Shown: positions 29,589-39,446 of the stretch, piece by piece
How positions within the stretch are numbered: position 1 is the stretch's first letter
Layout: every line of letters begins with the position of its first letter
NCBI GenBank assembly: GCA_964520545.1
Contig: CAZFOD010000004.1
Location: 4,844-68,843 of the forward strand
Length of the DNA: 64,000 nt
Direction: 5' to 3'
Source of the DNA: an uncultured Candidatus Saccharibacteria bacterium
Lineage (GTDB): Bacteria; Patescibacteriota; Minisyncoccia; Phycocordibacterales; CAIZLB01
The notes under the pieces: generated by a model
Database searches by the model: none
What the model saw: only the letters and a program-made list of their open reading frames with translations
Told to the model about the DNA's origin: nothing
Made by a program: the position numbers and the translations under genes

Positions 29589-29713
29589 ATTATTAAATTA
29601 TATCAGGGGGTTTAATTTGTCGAAAATCTTTTGTGACCCCATAGGGTGGCTTTCAGAACTGGTTGGAAGCCAAACAGAAATTAAATCTGCCATCGGCTTC
29701 TTATCTTTGCAAA

Positions 29714-30405
29714 TTAAATTAATGACCTAAACTGGGCAATCCTGTAAGGGGTTGTTCCTATAACTGTTAGTACTGCAAGCACGACAGTTTTTAGATTCAG
29801 TATTTCAAACCAATACAATATACCCAATGTAATAACAATGATAAAAACTGCTTGGATGTTTGATTTAATCTTCTTTTCAACTTCTTCTTTACGCAATTGA
29901 GGATCTTCTATAAATTGAAAAGGATACTTAATGATTTCAGTTGTTAGTATATTTTTTGAACCAGAAAAATAAAACATTGTAATACCTAGTGCGAGCAGTC
30001 CTCCAATAAAAATAGGAACTACAACTGATGTTGACTCGATAGAGACCAGTCCTTGTTTGTGTAAGGGAAACAGTATAAATGGAACAAAAATAGTAAAAAA
30101 CCAAAGATATACCCAATTTCTATAATTTCGCACTTCCTTTTAAAATTTTCATCATACATAACTTGCGTAGTTGTCGTGCTGTTTTTAGGCCAAAGTCTAT
30201 TTGAAATAAATATCGATGCGACATTCCAAATAATAAATATAAATAAGGAAATCCATTTCGTAAGCGACTCATCAAGGCTAATATAATTTCTGACGAATAG
30301 ACCCAGAAAAGCACTTCCAACAATGCTTAAGATTGCACTTATCAAAATAAATGATATCCGGTAGGGTCGTTTGGAGTTGGTATAATTAATATTTCTATCT
30401 AGCAT
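29714..30405 (-). pseudogene. AT-rich membrane protein gene split by a 1-nt frameshift
   Basis: ORFs 30019..30405 and 29714..30133 overlap 115 nt; one extra A in the A4 run near 30138..30141 joins them (YDENFKKEVRNYRNW). Confidence 0.55.
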
Positions 30406-30458
30406 TCGTAAATAATATCACACCTGAGATTGCTCACAGTATTCACAACGTTCACAGG

Positions 30459-30530
30459 TGACCCTACGGGGAGTCGAACCCCGATTACAGCCTTGAGAAG
30501 GCCGTGTCCTAACCATTAGACGATAGGGCC
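30459..30530 (-). tRNA. tRNA-Glu(CTC)
   Basis: GGCCCTA/TAGGGTC acceptor, CGGCC-TTCTCAA-GGCTG anticodon arm, GTTCGA T-loop; followed by CCT so CCA not fully encoded. Confidence 0.97.
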
Positions 30531-30642
30531 ATTTACGTTTCAAAAACGAAATGTGTTACTAATATTGCATATTTTTAGCTAAAAACAAAGCCGACGCCCA
30601 CATCTTTACGAGTGAGCGCCGGGGTTCTTGGTAAGCGAAGGG

Positions 30643-30768
30643 TTACCACGGACTTCTTGCTTGATACCGTCTGTTTGACCTCTTTTCCCTTCTGCGTTCC
30701 TGGGCCTTCTTTTTTGCCGCCCAGTTTTTGTTTTGCTTTTGCCTTCCTGGATCATGCGATTGTGGCAT
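30643..30768 (-). CDS. 41-aa basic micro-protein
   Basis: MPQSHDPGRQKQNKNWAAKKKAQERRREKRSNRRYQARSPW; AGAAAGG 5 nt before ATG; TTGACT-16-TATCCT promoter; hairpin plus U-tract at 30580..30625. Confidence 0.6.
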   Translation of the reverse strand: MPQSHDPGRQKQNKNWAAKKKAQERRREKRSNRRYQARSPW

Positions 30769-30846
30769 AGATACCTTTCTAAAGACCGCATGCTGTGCGA
30801 CCTAGACATTAGGATACAGAGGTATAGATATTAGTCAAAAAGAATC

Positions 30847-32550
30847 TTAACGATCGGGAGGAATTTGATAGTAGTTGATGAGATATTTGCTCATATCTAT
30901 GAACGGCTGCGCAAGGGTTTCAGAGGCATATTGAACGCCTTTTGGATGCACTGTGTACATGAACACTAGGAACTTAGGATCGTTTGCTGGAAGGAAGCCT
31001 ACAAAGGAATGGAGCCATCTGTCGTTGTAGTATCCACCATCAGGTGCCGCAATTTGTGCTGTCCCTGTCTTTGCGGCAATGGCATATCGAGGATTCTTAG
31101 CCTTTCCATCAAGAAGTGAATTGTCTACGTTGTACACCATCATGTTAGTAACAGCTCTTGCTGTGTCTTCCTTAATGACCTGCTTCCCCTTCTCAGGTTT
31201 TGTCTCCTTGGAATATCCAACGCGGTAATCAATCTTCTTTACAAGATATGGCTTTACCAAATATCCACCATTGGCGATGACAGACAATGCTCGTGCAGTT
31301 TCAATCGGAGTCATGGCAATACCTTGTCCGAAAGACGCAGTGGCAATTTCAATGTCACGGTGTGTATCAAGGTTACTTACAATACCTGAAGCTTCATTAG
31401 GAAGATCAATACCAGTTCTCTCCCCTAGTCCAAAGCTTTTAAAATATTCAGCCATCTTGTCATTCCCAACTAGCTTAGCGATATGTGCAAAACCAGTGTT
31501 CAAAGATTTAGACATCGCATACTGAAGCGTGATGACACCACGACCCTTACCATCAAAGTTTGAAATTGTTTTGTTGTTTAGAGTAACTGACCCTGTATCG
31601 TTGTACGTACTTGTAGCACTTACCTTACCCAAATCAATACCTGAGGCCATGGTTAAAGGTTTAATGATTGAACCCATTTCATGAACACTCTCTACAAGAT
31701 CGTTACGAAATATTGCAGCATCTTTTTCTTGGCTTAAATCGTTTGGATTAAATGTTGGAGTAAGTGCCATGGCATATATTTCTCCGGTATTTGGGTTCAT
31801 GATGATACCTCCCGCGCTTTCAGAAGAATATTTCTGCTTGATGCCTTCCAATGTTTCCTGAAGGTATGATTGCGTGTCAGGCTCTATTGTCGTAACAATA
31901 TCCCCTTCAAGTTTCTCCCCTTCTATGACTGTCTTTTTTATATTCGAAAATATCTCTGCAAAAAAGTTCACATATACACTGTCAGTATCACGTTTTAAAG
32001 TATCTTCGTAATATCTTTCAAGGCCATAGCGACCTGCATACTCGTCACCCTTAAAGCCGAGAAACCCTAATGTTTGAGACGAGAGCTCATCTCCTGGGTA
32101 ATATCTCCACTTCTCACGGAAAAGTGACACACCCTTTAGTTTCAGTGCATCAATTTTCTCTCCAACTGGTTCTTCTACCTTTTTCCGTATTTCCTCGTAG
32201 CTATCATTCTGCTTCCCAGCTCGCATGTAGAAGTCAGCAGCATCAAGCTCAAGGTATTCTGAGAGCTTGGCATATATTTCTTCAGCATTCTTGTTCTGCT
32301 GAATGATCTTTGGGTTTATGGTAAGTGTAAATCCAGACTTCAAGGTTGCAGCGGAAATGAGGGTACCGTTTCTGTCTTGGAAGAATATATTTCCACGGTT
32401 GAATACTGAGTTACTAGGACGCTGATATTGTCTGTCTGCTCGTTCTGCAAAGTCATCAGCATGAATGATCTGTAATGAATACAGCTTGATGAAGAACATA
32501 AGTGCAAGGAGCAGTATGAAGCCAGAGATTATTCTAAGTCGCGTTCGCAT
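30847..32550 (-). CDS. ftsI: class B penicillin-binding protein (FtsI/PBP3-like)
   Basis: RGNIF, SIIK, SLN, KTGT motifs; downstream of mraZ-rsmH-ftsL. Confidence 0.88.
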   Translation of the reverse strand: MRTRLRIISGFILLLALMFFIKLYSLQIIHADDFAERADRQYQRPSNSVFNRGNIFFQDRNGTLISAATLKSGFTLTINPKIIQQNKNAEEIYAKLSEYLELDAADFYMRAGKQNDSYEEIRKKVEEPVGEKIDALKLKGVSLFREKWRYYPGDELSSQTLGFLGFKGDEYAGRYGLERYYEDTLKRDTDSVYVNFFAEIFSNIKKTVIEGEKLEGDIVTTIEPDTQSYLQETLEGIKQKYSSESAGGIIMNPNTGEIYAMALTPTFNPNDLSQEKDAAIFRNDLVESVHEMGSIIKPLTMASGIDLGKVSATSTYNDTGSVTLNNKTISNFDGKGRGVITLQYAMSKSLNTGFAHIAKLVGNDKMAEYFKSFGLGERTGIDLPNEASGIVSNLDTHRDIEIATASFGQGIAMTPIETARALSVIANGGYLVKPYLVKKIDYRVGYSKETKPEKGKQVIKEDTARAVTNMMVYNVDNSLLDGKAKNPRYAIAAKTGTAQIAAPDGGYYNDRWLHSFVGFLPANDPKFLVFMYTVHPKGVQYASETLAQPFIDMSKYLINYYQIPPDR

Positions 32551-32618
32551 AATATTTATTCAGTTTAGCATAACAAAAAGGAGATTCTCCTAAAAGAATC
32601 TCCTTTTTATTCCCTCCC

Positions 32619-32942
32619 TTATCTAAACGCTACATTCTTCGGGCCAGTCTCTCTTGTTACAAAGAGTGTCTGCTTATCAGCAGGCTTGAATCCCATAGAT
32701 TCAGCAAGAGCAAATGTTACCTTTGCCTTTGTATTTATATATTCAAATTCAGTGGAGCTGAGGTCTGAGTTGAGTGCAACAATCTGAGACTCTGCAGCCT
32801 GACGACTAACAACATTCCAAACAGTCTTGTTCACAAGGTACACATAGAAAGAGGCAAATATGAAAATGGCAGAAGCTAAGACCCAGAAGATGATCTGTGA
32901 TGTTCTTTCTATTGCCTGTATTGCGATTGCTGTTTGTTTCAT
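32619..32942 (-). CDS. FtsL-like bitopic protein
   Basis: TM + coiled coil + AESMGF; position between rsmH and ftsI. Confidence 0.65.
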   Translation of the reverse strand: MKQTAIAIQAIERTSQIIFWVLASAIFIFASFYVYLVNKTVWNVVSRQAAESQIVALNSDLSSTEFEYINTKAKVTFALAESMGFKPADKQTLFVTRETGPKNVAFR

Positions 32943-32963
32943 ATTTGTTGTACTGTTTGGTTG

Positions 32964-33938
32964 TTAATATTTTTCGATGATTCGTAACTTTGCGCTTCTT
33001 GAACGTGGATTCTGGAGAGTTTCTGCTTCGGATGGAGTGATTGGTTTTTTTGTAAGGGTCTTTGCTTTCGGGTTCGCATCGTTCTCGGGTTCGACGAGTG
33101 ATTTAAAATATCTTTTGACGATGCGGTCTTCGAGGCTGTGATATGAGATGACAACGAGGCGACCACCTGGAGCTAGAAGATCGAATGCCTGAGGCAATGC
33201 TTCTTCAAGTGCAGTGAGCTCATCATTAACAGCGATTCGGAGTGCTTGGAAAGTCTGCGTTGCGGGATGTATCTTTCCAAATCGCTTGTAGATGGGCACA
33301 GCTGCCTTAATGATTGCTGCTAGCTCGAATGTAGTCTTGATGGGTCGCTCTGGCACACCGTCGCCATTTCGAGCACCTCGAGCATTCTCAATTGCTTCAG
33401 CAATCTTCCAAGAGAATCTGTCTTCGCCATATCCTCGGATGATTGTCTCAATGTGCTCCTTTGGCCATGTGTTGACGATGTCATATGCAGTAAAGGTGTG
33501 ATCCTTTCCTGAACCAAACGTCATCGACAACGGCTCATTCTTTCTGAAGGTGAATCCTCTTCCTGATTGATCAAGCTCGTATGAGCTAAGACCGAGATCA
33601 AAAAGAATTCCCTGCACATTGGCGATACCAGCTTCGTCGCACGCTTCCTTAATGAACTTAAAGTTCTTTCGGAAGATTATGAGCTGGTTCTTACCAAACG
33701 ATCCTGAGGTAGCTGCGGCTGAGCTAAAGATATTAGTTGTTGCTCGATCTACTGCATCTGCATCAAGATCGAATCCAACAACTTTTACCCTGCCATCTAA
33801 TCGTTCGATGATAGCTTGCGAATGACCTCCGTCACCTAAGTTGCAATCTATGACCGTCGGATATGCCGAGTTTCCCAAAGGACGCTCGAGAGCTAAACCG
33901 TCTATCACTTCTTTTAAAAGAACTGGGGTATGTCGCAT
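32964..33938 (-). CDS. rsmH: 16S rRNA m4C1402 methyltransferase
   Basis: HTPVLLKE, GDGGHS, DLGLSS, FQALRIAVN, NPRSRSAKLR. Confidence 0.98.
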   Translation of the reverse strand: MRHTPVLLKEVIDGLALERPLGNSAYPTVIDCNLGDGGHSQAIIERLDGRVKVVGFDLDADAVDRATTNIFSSAAATSGSFGKNQLIIFRKNFKFIKEACDEAGIANVQGILFDLGLSSYELDQSGRGFTFRKNEPLSMTFGSGKDHTFTAYDIVNTWPKEHIETIIRGYGEDRFSWKIAEAIENARGARNGDGVPERPIKTTFELAAIIKAAVPIYKRFGKIHPATQTFQALRIAVNDELTALEEALPQAFDLLAPGGRLVVISYHSLEDRIVKRYFKSLVEPENDANPKAKTLTKKPITPSEAETLQNPRSRSAKLRIIEKY

Positions 33939-33947
33939 CGTATTTGC

Positions 33948-34382
33948 TTAGATCACTCCGATCTCACCAAGCTTTTCAGCCAACTGATCTGCTTGCTTGA
34001 GAACCTTCGCCTTATACGACTTCCATCGACTTTCATCCCATACCTCGACTCGACTATGGACTCCAGCAAATACTGTCTTGCTTCCCATGTTTGCAAACTC
34101 CCGGAGAAATTCTGGAATCAATATGCGACCGATGGCATCTACATCGAGCTCGACTGCACCAGCAAGCATGATGCGATTGAATCCTCGCGTATCAGCCTGA
34201 CCGATGGACAAGTTGCCAAGTTTCTCAGATATCTTCTCCCATTCTTTTAGTGGGTAGAGAAACAGACAATTGTCGAGCCCATGCGTCACGACAACCTTTT
34301 TTCCTAATTCCTTTCGGAATTTTGATGGAAGCGATATTCGCTTCTTTTCGTCGAGGGTGTGTGTATATTCGCCGATCAGCAT
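33948..34382 (-). CDS. mraZ: division/cell wall regulator MraZ
   Basis: GEYTHTLDEKKRISLP, DAIGRILIP. Confidence 0.97.
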   Translation of the reverse strand: MLIGEYTHTLDEKKRISLPSKFRKELGKKVVVTHGLDNCLFLYPLKEWEKISEKLGNLSIGQADTRGFNRIMLAGAVELDVDAIGRILIPEFLREFANMGSKTVFAGVHSRVEVWDESRWKSYKAKVLKQADQLAEKLGEIGVI

Positions 34383-34410
34383 GTTGATTCCTTTATTACT
34401 CCCTTACAAA

Positions 34411-34471
34411 ACCTACTTTACCACTTCATCCCACTTACATACTATTCTATACCACTCCTCTACCCTGTCAA
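34411..34471 (-). promoter_or_regulatory. mraZ promoter with MraZ-box-like repeats
   Basis: TTGACA-16-TAGAAT; AGTGG repeats incl. AAGTGGGATG-AAGTGG at 10-nt period, resembling MraZ autoregulatory boxes. Confidence 0.7.
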
Positions 34472-34599
34472 AGCATAGTTATCCACTTTTCTGCACTCCT
34501 AAAAAGGAAAATATATGGCTTATTTCCTCATTATTCTGGCGATGTAGGTAAATACAAAAAGCGATGTCTCTTAAACATCGCCTTTTATATTATTTTTTA

Positions 34600-36192
34600 C
34601 TACGCAACGACTTCTTTAAGTCGCTTGATTAGGAAATCTCTGTCCATAACACTAAGGAACCATCCAGCTTTAGGACCGCTTGTCTTACCTAGAATTGAAA
34701 CATAGATTGCTTCAAAGAAATCTTTTGGTGCAATACCAGTTTTTTCTTTTATATCATGAAGTGCTGTGTGCAATTCTTGACCATCAAGTGTTGTTACACT
34801 TTCTACGTATGTAAGTACTTCCGCTAGAGATTTTTTCTGTATTTCAGAAAGATTCTTTGCCATTTCTGGTACCTCTTTCTTAATTTCAAACTTGTAATCC
34901 TCCGGAGCCCATGTATCAATCCATATCTTTGCATACCGCTTTCTTTTTTCCAGTTCTACTTTGTCTACATCCGTCAAAGTTTTCTCTACGATTTTCTCAA
35001 CTTCTTTTTCAATGTCTAAGTGAGGCATTTGTGCAAGATATGCAATCTGTGAGAACCGAGGCATTGCTCGATGAGGAATATGGGTTCGTTCGCTTGGTGA
35101 GTGTATGAGTTTGAACAGTCTAGTCTGATCAGTCTCTTCACCTGCGAAGAAGCTCATAGCATGCTTGTCGTATGTGTCGAAGAGTATTGGCACAGTGTCA
35201 CCATCTGGGATGAATTCAATAACTCGATTTGGTTCCTTCTGTAGAAGAAGGAGTCTTAATATTTCAGGAGGAAGAAGGTCTGCAATTTCTCGAGAGGCAG
35301 AACCTGCGCCTTTCGATGATGACATTTTCTTTCCAGCAACCTGGAAGAATTCGTAAGGAATATTAAATGGAGGCTCATGCTCAAAGATCTCACGAGAGAT
35401 GGTCTCCGCAACTTCTCGTGATCCTCCTTTTGTTGAATGGTCCTTTCCACCTCCTTCTACATCCACTCCAACAATCTTAAACTTAGCTGCCCATTCCAAT
35501 TTCCATGGAAGCTTTGCCTTACCATCAAATGGAGAAACGGAACCTTTATGTCCGCAGCCATTTGTCCATGTAAGGTCACGACATTCATACGTAACCTTCT
35601 CACCGTCAAAAGAGGTGGCCAAGGTAGTGCTAACCTTTCCACAACTTTCGCAGATGACATTGATTGGTAGCCAATTACCCTCTTTCACTGAACCCGAGAT
35701 TCGCTTATATATCTCCCGAACCTTGTCTGCATGTAGAAGCGAGAGCTTTATCGCCTCGTTATATTTACCAGATCGATACAAGTCAGATGACCTGTAATAT
35801 TCAGGTGTGAATCCAAGTTCTTTAATTACTCCTGCAAATTCCTGTGCATAGAATTCAGCAAAGTTCTTTGCGGTTTCGCCATTGGGGCCCGTTGGTGATG
35901 GAACATCGCAAAGCGGCTTCCCTAAATATTGTTTAAACACTGCCTCGTCGAGATATACAGGCAATCCATCCATTGGATCAAAATCATTTATTTCAAAAAG
36001 ATACTTGTTTGGAATACCACGTTCGGTAAGGACTTCTGAAATGAGTCCGTGAATTGCTACACCTCGAAGAGAACCGACGTGTACTCGGCCTGATGCAGTT
36101 TTTTCATCACGAATAATAATAGGGGTGCCTTTTGCAACCTTATCTTTATAACGCTCAACTATTTCGTCTGTGATGCGATCTGCCCAGTACAT
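34600..36192 (-). CDS. lysS: class I lysyl-tRNA synthetase
   Basis: MYWAD, SGRVHVGS (HIGH-like), GGKDH, KMSSSKG, GPKAG. Confidence 0.96.
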   Translation of the reverse strand: MYWADRITDEIVERYKDKVAKGTPIIIRDEKTASGRVHVGSLRGVAIHGLISEVLTERGIPNKYLFEINDFDPMDGLPVYLDEAVFKQYLGKPLCDVPSPTGPNGETAKNFAEFYAQEFAGVIKELGFTPEYYRSSDLYRSGKYNEAIKLSLLHADKVREIYKRISGSVKEGNWLPINVICESCGKVSTTLATSFDGEKVTYECRDLTWTNGCGHKGSVSPFDGKAKLPWKLEWAAKFKIVGVDVEGGGKDHSTKGGSREVAETISREIFEHEPPFNIPYEFFQVAGKKMSSSKGAGSASREIADLLPPEILRLLLLQKEPNRVIEFIPDGDTVPILFDTYDKHAMSFFAGEETDQTRLFKLIHSPSERTHIPHRAMPRFSQIAYLAQMPHLDIEKEVEKIVEKTLTDVDKVELEKRKRYAKIWIDTWAPEDYKFEIKKEVPEMAKNLSEIQKKSLAEVLTYVESVTTLDGQELHTALHDIKEKTGIAPKDFFEAIYVSILGKTSGPKAGWFLSVMDRDFLIKRLKEVVA

Positions 36193-36218
36193 ATATGAAA
36201 CTAGTATACCCTAACTCT

Positions 36219-36683
36219 TTACACGATTTCGACGATTGTATATTTCACAACTCCAGCAGGAGCACTGAATGAGAACTCTTCACCTTTTTTCTTTCCCATC
36301 ATAGCCTGACCTAAAGGAGATTTGAAAGAGATTTTTCCTGCAGCAAAGTCTGCTTCTTCTGATCCTACGAGTGTATATATTTTTTCAGTCTTGTCTCCTG
36401 CCTTCTTGATACGAACTTTTGAACCAACTTCAACAGTATTACTGTGATGAACACTTACAATCTCAGCAGATGCCAAGACAGATTCAAGTGTTGCAATACG
36501 ATCTTCAAGCGCAGCCTGAGCCTCGCGAGCTTCGTGATATTCAGCGTTCTCAGAAAGGTCTCCGAGAGATTTTGCGAACTCTAATTCGTCCGCAATTTCT
36601 TTGCGCTTATTTGTCTTCAATCCTTCAAGCTCTTCTGTAAGCTGCTTGAACTTTTCCTTTGAAAGGTATTCTTTATTTGGCAT
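36219..36683 (-). CDS. greA: transcription elongation factor GreA
   Basis: GDLSENAEY, ISFKSPLG. Confidence 0.97.
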   Translation of the reverse strand: MPNKEYLSKEKFKQLTEELEGLKTNKRKEIADELEFAKSLGDLSENAEYHEAREAQAALEDRIATLESVLASAEIVSVHHSNTVEVGSKVRIKKAGDKTEKIYTLVGSEEADFAAGKISFKSPLGQAMMGKKKGEEFSFSAPAGVVKYTIVEIV

Positions 36684-36779
36684 AATTTTAAGTCACTACT
36701 ATACTCTTTTGGTACTCTCCAGTCAATCTATATTTAGCCTAAATTTAGTGTTCTGAGGTGTGTTCTTAATATAATCTTT

Positions 36780-38465
36780 TTATTGCCCTTGAAAATATTC
36801 AGGGGAATATATAGCCATCCAATCTAGGAGGCTTCTAACAGCAACAGAGGCGCTCATAGTGTTAGTTGCAGGGCCTTTTTCTAATAGCACAGCAAAGGCA
36901 TATTTTGGCTTGTCATAAGGAAAGAAACCTACAGACCATGAGTTAACATACCGCTTAAGGGTACCCAATTGAGCCGTTCCTGACTTTCCTGCTACTTCAG
37001 TAAAAGGGACATTGAGAAGCCCCATAGTTCCCTCCGTAACAGCAAGGCGCATACCCTCTCTGGCCACCCTAAAATGATCTGTATCTTTAGCTGGTATCTT
37101 CTCCTTAACAGCAGGGGCGCCAGCATTGTTTTTTAGGATAGTTGGGGTAAATAGCGTTCCATTGTTTGCAATCGCTGCTATAGACCTCACAGCCTGCGCA
37201 GGAGTGACCTGGAAGCCGTATTGGCCGATTGATGTGTTGTATGTGTCTCCAACACGCCAGATATCCCCCTCGAAGTTTTGAGCCTTCCATTCAGGAGTAG
37301 GAATGACCCCTTTCTTTCCACTGAAGAAACTGTTTTCAATAGCACGACCAAATCCAAACATCGTTGAATACTTATCAATATTGTTAATACCTAACCCCTT
37401 TTGAGATTGAAAACCTCCTCCAATCTGGTAGAAATATACGTCTGAAGAAACTGCAATGGCATGACGCATATCGGTATATCCATGAGCTTTCCAGTCATTG
37501 AAAACTGTAAACTCACCTGGCCGATATGGATTAGGAATCTTCAAAGATCCCGTACTTTCAATTTCCCTTTCAGGCGTGATTACACCTTCTTCGAGCGCAG
37601 CAAATGCAAGCATTGGTTTTACAATGGATCCTGGTGTATACAGACCAGCACTAACACGATCAAGGAAAGGATTACGATCATCAGTAAGGAATTTCTTGAT
37701 TGCTTCTGAGTCCTTACCGTCCGTCATGACACTCGAGTCATATTCGGGATATGAGACACTGGCGAGGACTTCACCAGTTTCTACATCCATTAAAATTCCT
37801 GCTCCACCATTAAACCCTGCCCTCTGTGCTAAATCTTTAATTGAGAAATATAACTGCTCTTGAATACGTGAATCTATTGAGAGATCTAAGTTCTTTCCCT
37901 TCTGCGCTGGGCGCACCATACTTTCAGAAACATGCTTACCTAAAGCATCGGTCTCCGTTATTTTAAGCCCGTTCTCACCTGTCATGAGATCATTGAAATA
38001 TTTTTCCACACCACCTCCACCTGTATATTCTGTATTGTAGTAAAATCCAAACTTATCCTTCTTCGGGTATTTTATAAACCCAATGAGATTATGAATTCCC
38101 TCCTCAGCTTTGTATTCTCGAAGTGAAAAGTCATTTTGTGTTGGATCAATAGTATTCCACGCGAGAAGAACACCATTCCTATCAGAAATGGAACCACGTT
38201 CAGAAAATATGAGACTGTGATGGAGACGGTTGTTCTCTGATATGCCATTAAACTTCGAGCCCTCAACAATCTGCAATGAAGTTAGTTTAAAGAGAAATAT
38301 TGCTGCGATTGCTATAAATATACCGCCAGTAATTTTTACCGTTCTTCTTGAGATTGGTTTTTCAATACGACCTTCAAACTGGTTGGTATCAAAATCCGGC
38401 AAATTTGAAGAATCAAGAAATATCTCATCTGGCTCTATCTCATTGCGGGAATATCGACGTATCAT
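36780..38465 (-). CDS. mrdA: penicillin-binding protein 2
   Basis: PGSIVKP, SSDVYFY, KSGTA; downstream of mreBC. Confidence 0.9.
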   Translation of the reverse strand: MIRRYSRNEIEPDEIFLDSSNLPDFDTNQFEGRIEKPISRRTVKITGGIFIAIAAIFLFKLTSLQIVEGSKFNGISENNRLHHSLIFSERGSISDRNGVLLAWNTIDPTQNDFSLREYKAEEGIHNLIGFIKYPKKDKFGFYYNTEYTGGGGVEKYFNDLMTGENGLKITETDALGKHVSESMVRPAQKGKNLDLSIDSRIQEQLYFSIKDLAQRAGFNGGAGILMDVETGEVLASVSYPEYDSSVMTDGKDSEAIKKFLTDDRNPFLDRVSAGLYTPGSIVKPMLAFAALEEGVITPEREIESTGSLKIPNPYRPGEFTVFNDWKAHGYTDMRHAIAVSSDVYFYQIGGGFQSQKGLGINNIDKYSTMFGFGRAIENSFFSGKKGVIPTPEWKAQNFEGDIWRVGDTYNTSIGQYGFQVTPAQAVRSIAAIANNGTLFTPTILKNNAGAPAVKEKIPAKDTDHFRVAREGMRLAVTEGTMGLLNVPFTEVAGKSGTAQLGTLKRYVNSWSVGFFPYDKPKYAFAVLLEKGPATNTMSASVAVRSLLDWMAIYSPEYFQGQ

Positions 38466-38737
38466 GCACTGAATCTTACTCGTTTTTTAAGCTTTCTCAA
38501 AGCAAAGAGCATGAAGAAAGCAGTAAGAGTAAACCCGTAAGGAACGGCATGGCTAAATACATGGAAAAAGTGGCCACTGGCATAGAACGTATCAATTAAA
38601 AAACCTAGGATAATCATTTCGTAAAAATCACAATACCAACAAGCTAAGATTGCAATGAGGCAAGGCACCCACCATGGTAAAAAGAAAAGCGACAACAAGA
38701 TCGCAATATCAACGATGATTCGCTTTGAATTGGACAT
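38462..38737 (-). CDS. short hydrophobic protein at the mreD position
   Basis: 91 aa, GFLID motif, between mreC and pbp2. Confidence 0.6.
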   Translation of the reverse strand: MSNSKRIIVDIAILLSLFFLPWWVPCLIAILACWYCDFYEMIILGFLIDTFYASGHFFHVFSHAVPYGFTLTAFFMLFALRKLKKRVRFSA

Positions 38738-39446
38738 ATCGAAGTGTATTAATATTTATCGGACTCTTAAAATATATATGTGCGTATGCATCACCATTCC
38801 CAGAATCAACAACCTCAACGCTGCCGAGTAGTATGGTCTGAATATCTGGCCAAATGACAGGATCCCCTTTTTGTATCTCAATATTCCTTGGTAGTTTTAT
38901 GTAAAAATTACCACCGCCTTGTCCTTCAGCAGAAACTGCAGTAGTGCTTGATCCGATGAGGACACTTGCTTTCTGTCCTGATGATGAGAAGAGCATAACT
39001 ACAGATCTGTTTTCAGAGACTTCGACCACCTTACCAATGGCATAGTGCATTTCAGCATATATGATATCTCCAACCAAAAGACCCATATTGTTTCCAGCAT
39101 CGATGATGATAGAGTCGTACGGACTTTGCGGAGGTCTCACAAGAACAGCTGCAAGTGTCATCTGCTCTTTGTCTGTCGATCTTCCAAGTAGTGCTTTCAA
39201 TTGTTCGTTCTCTGATTGCAATGTCGTAACGAGAGAATTCTCAGCAGATGGGCTAACAACAGCACCTCCAGTTCGAAATATCATCCCTCGAAAAGAGTAG
39301 AACGAGTTTGCAATTGGATTTCCTAAAAGATATCCAATCCCCGTAAGTATCAACACGAGTACAAGCGCAGAAAGAGTCTGGGTGATACCAAATCCCCTTC
39401 TTTGCACTGGTCTATGTAGTTTCCTATCGGGCTGATGGTAGTTCAT
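38709..39446 (-). CDS. mreC: rod shape protein MreC
   Basis: TM, LQSENEQLKALL coiled coil, IIIDAG. Confidence 0.9.
   Translation of the reverse strand: MNYHQPDRKLHRPVQRRGFGITQTLSALVLVLILTGIGYLLGNPIANSFYSFRGMIFRTGGAVVSPSAENSLVTTLQSENEQLKALLGRSTDKEQMTLAAVLVRPPQSPYDSIIIDAGNNMGLLVGDIIYAEMHYAIGKVVEVSENRSVVMLFSSSGQKASVLIGSSTTAVSAEGQGGGNFYIKLPRNIEIQKGDPVIWPDIQTILLGSVEVVDSGNGDAYAHIYFKSPININTLRYVQFKANHR

Noticed and set aside
30606-30809. 67-aa ORF from the track
   Set aside because: ATG lies 1 nt after the -10 hexamer; the alternative frame 30643..30768 has a proper RBS.
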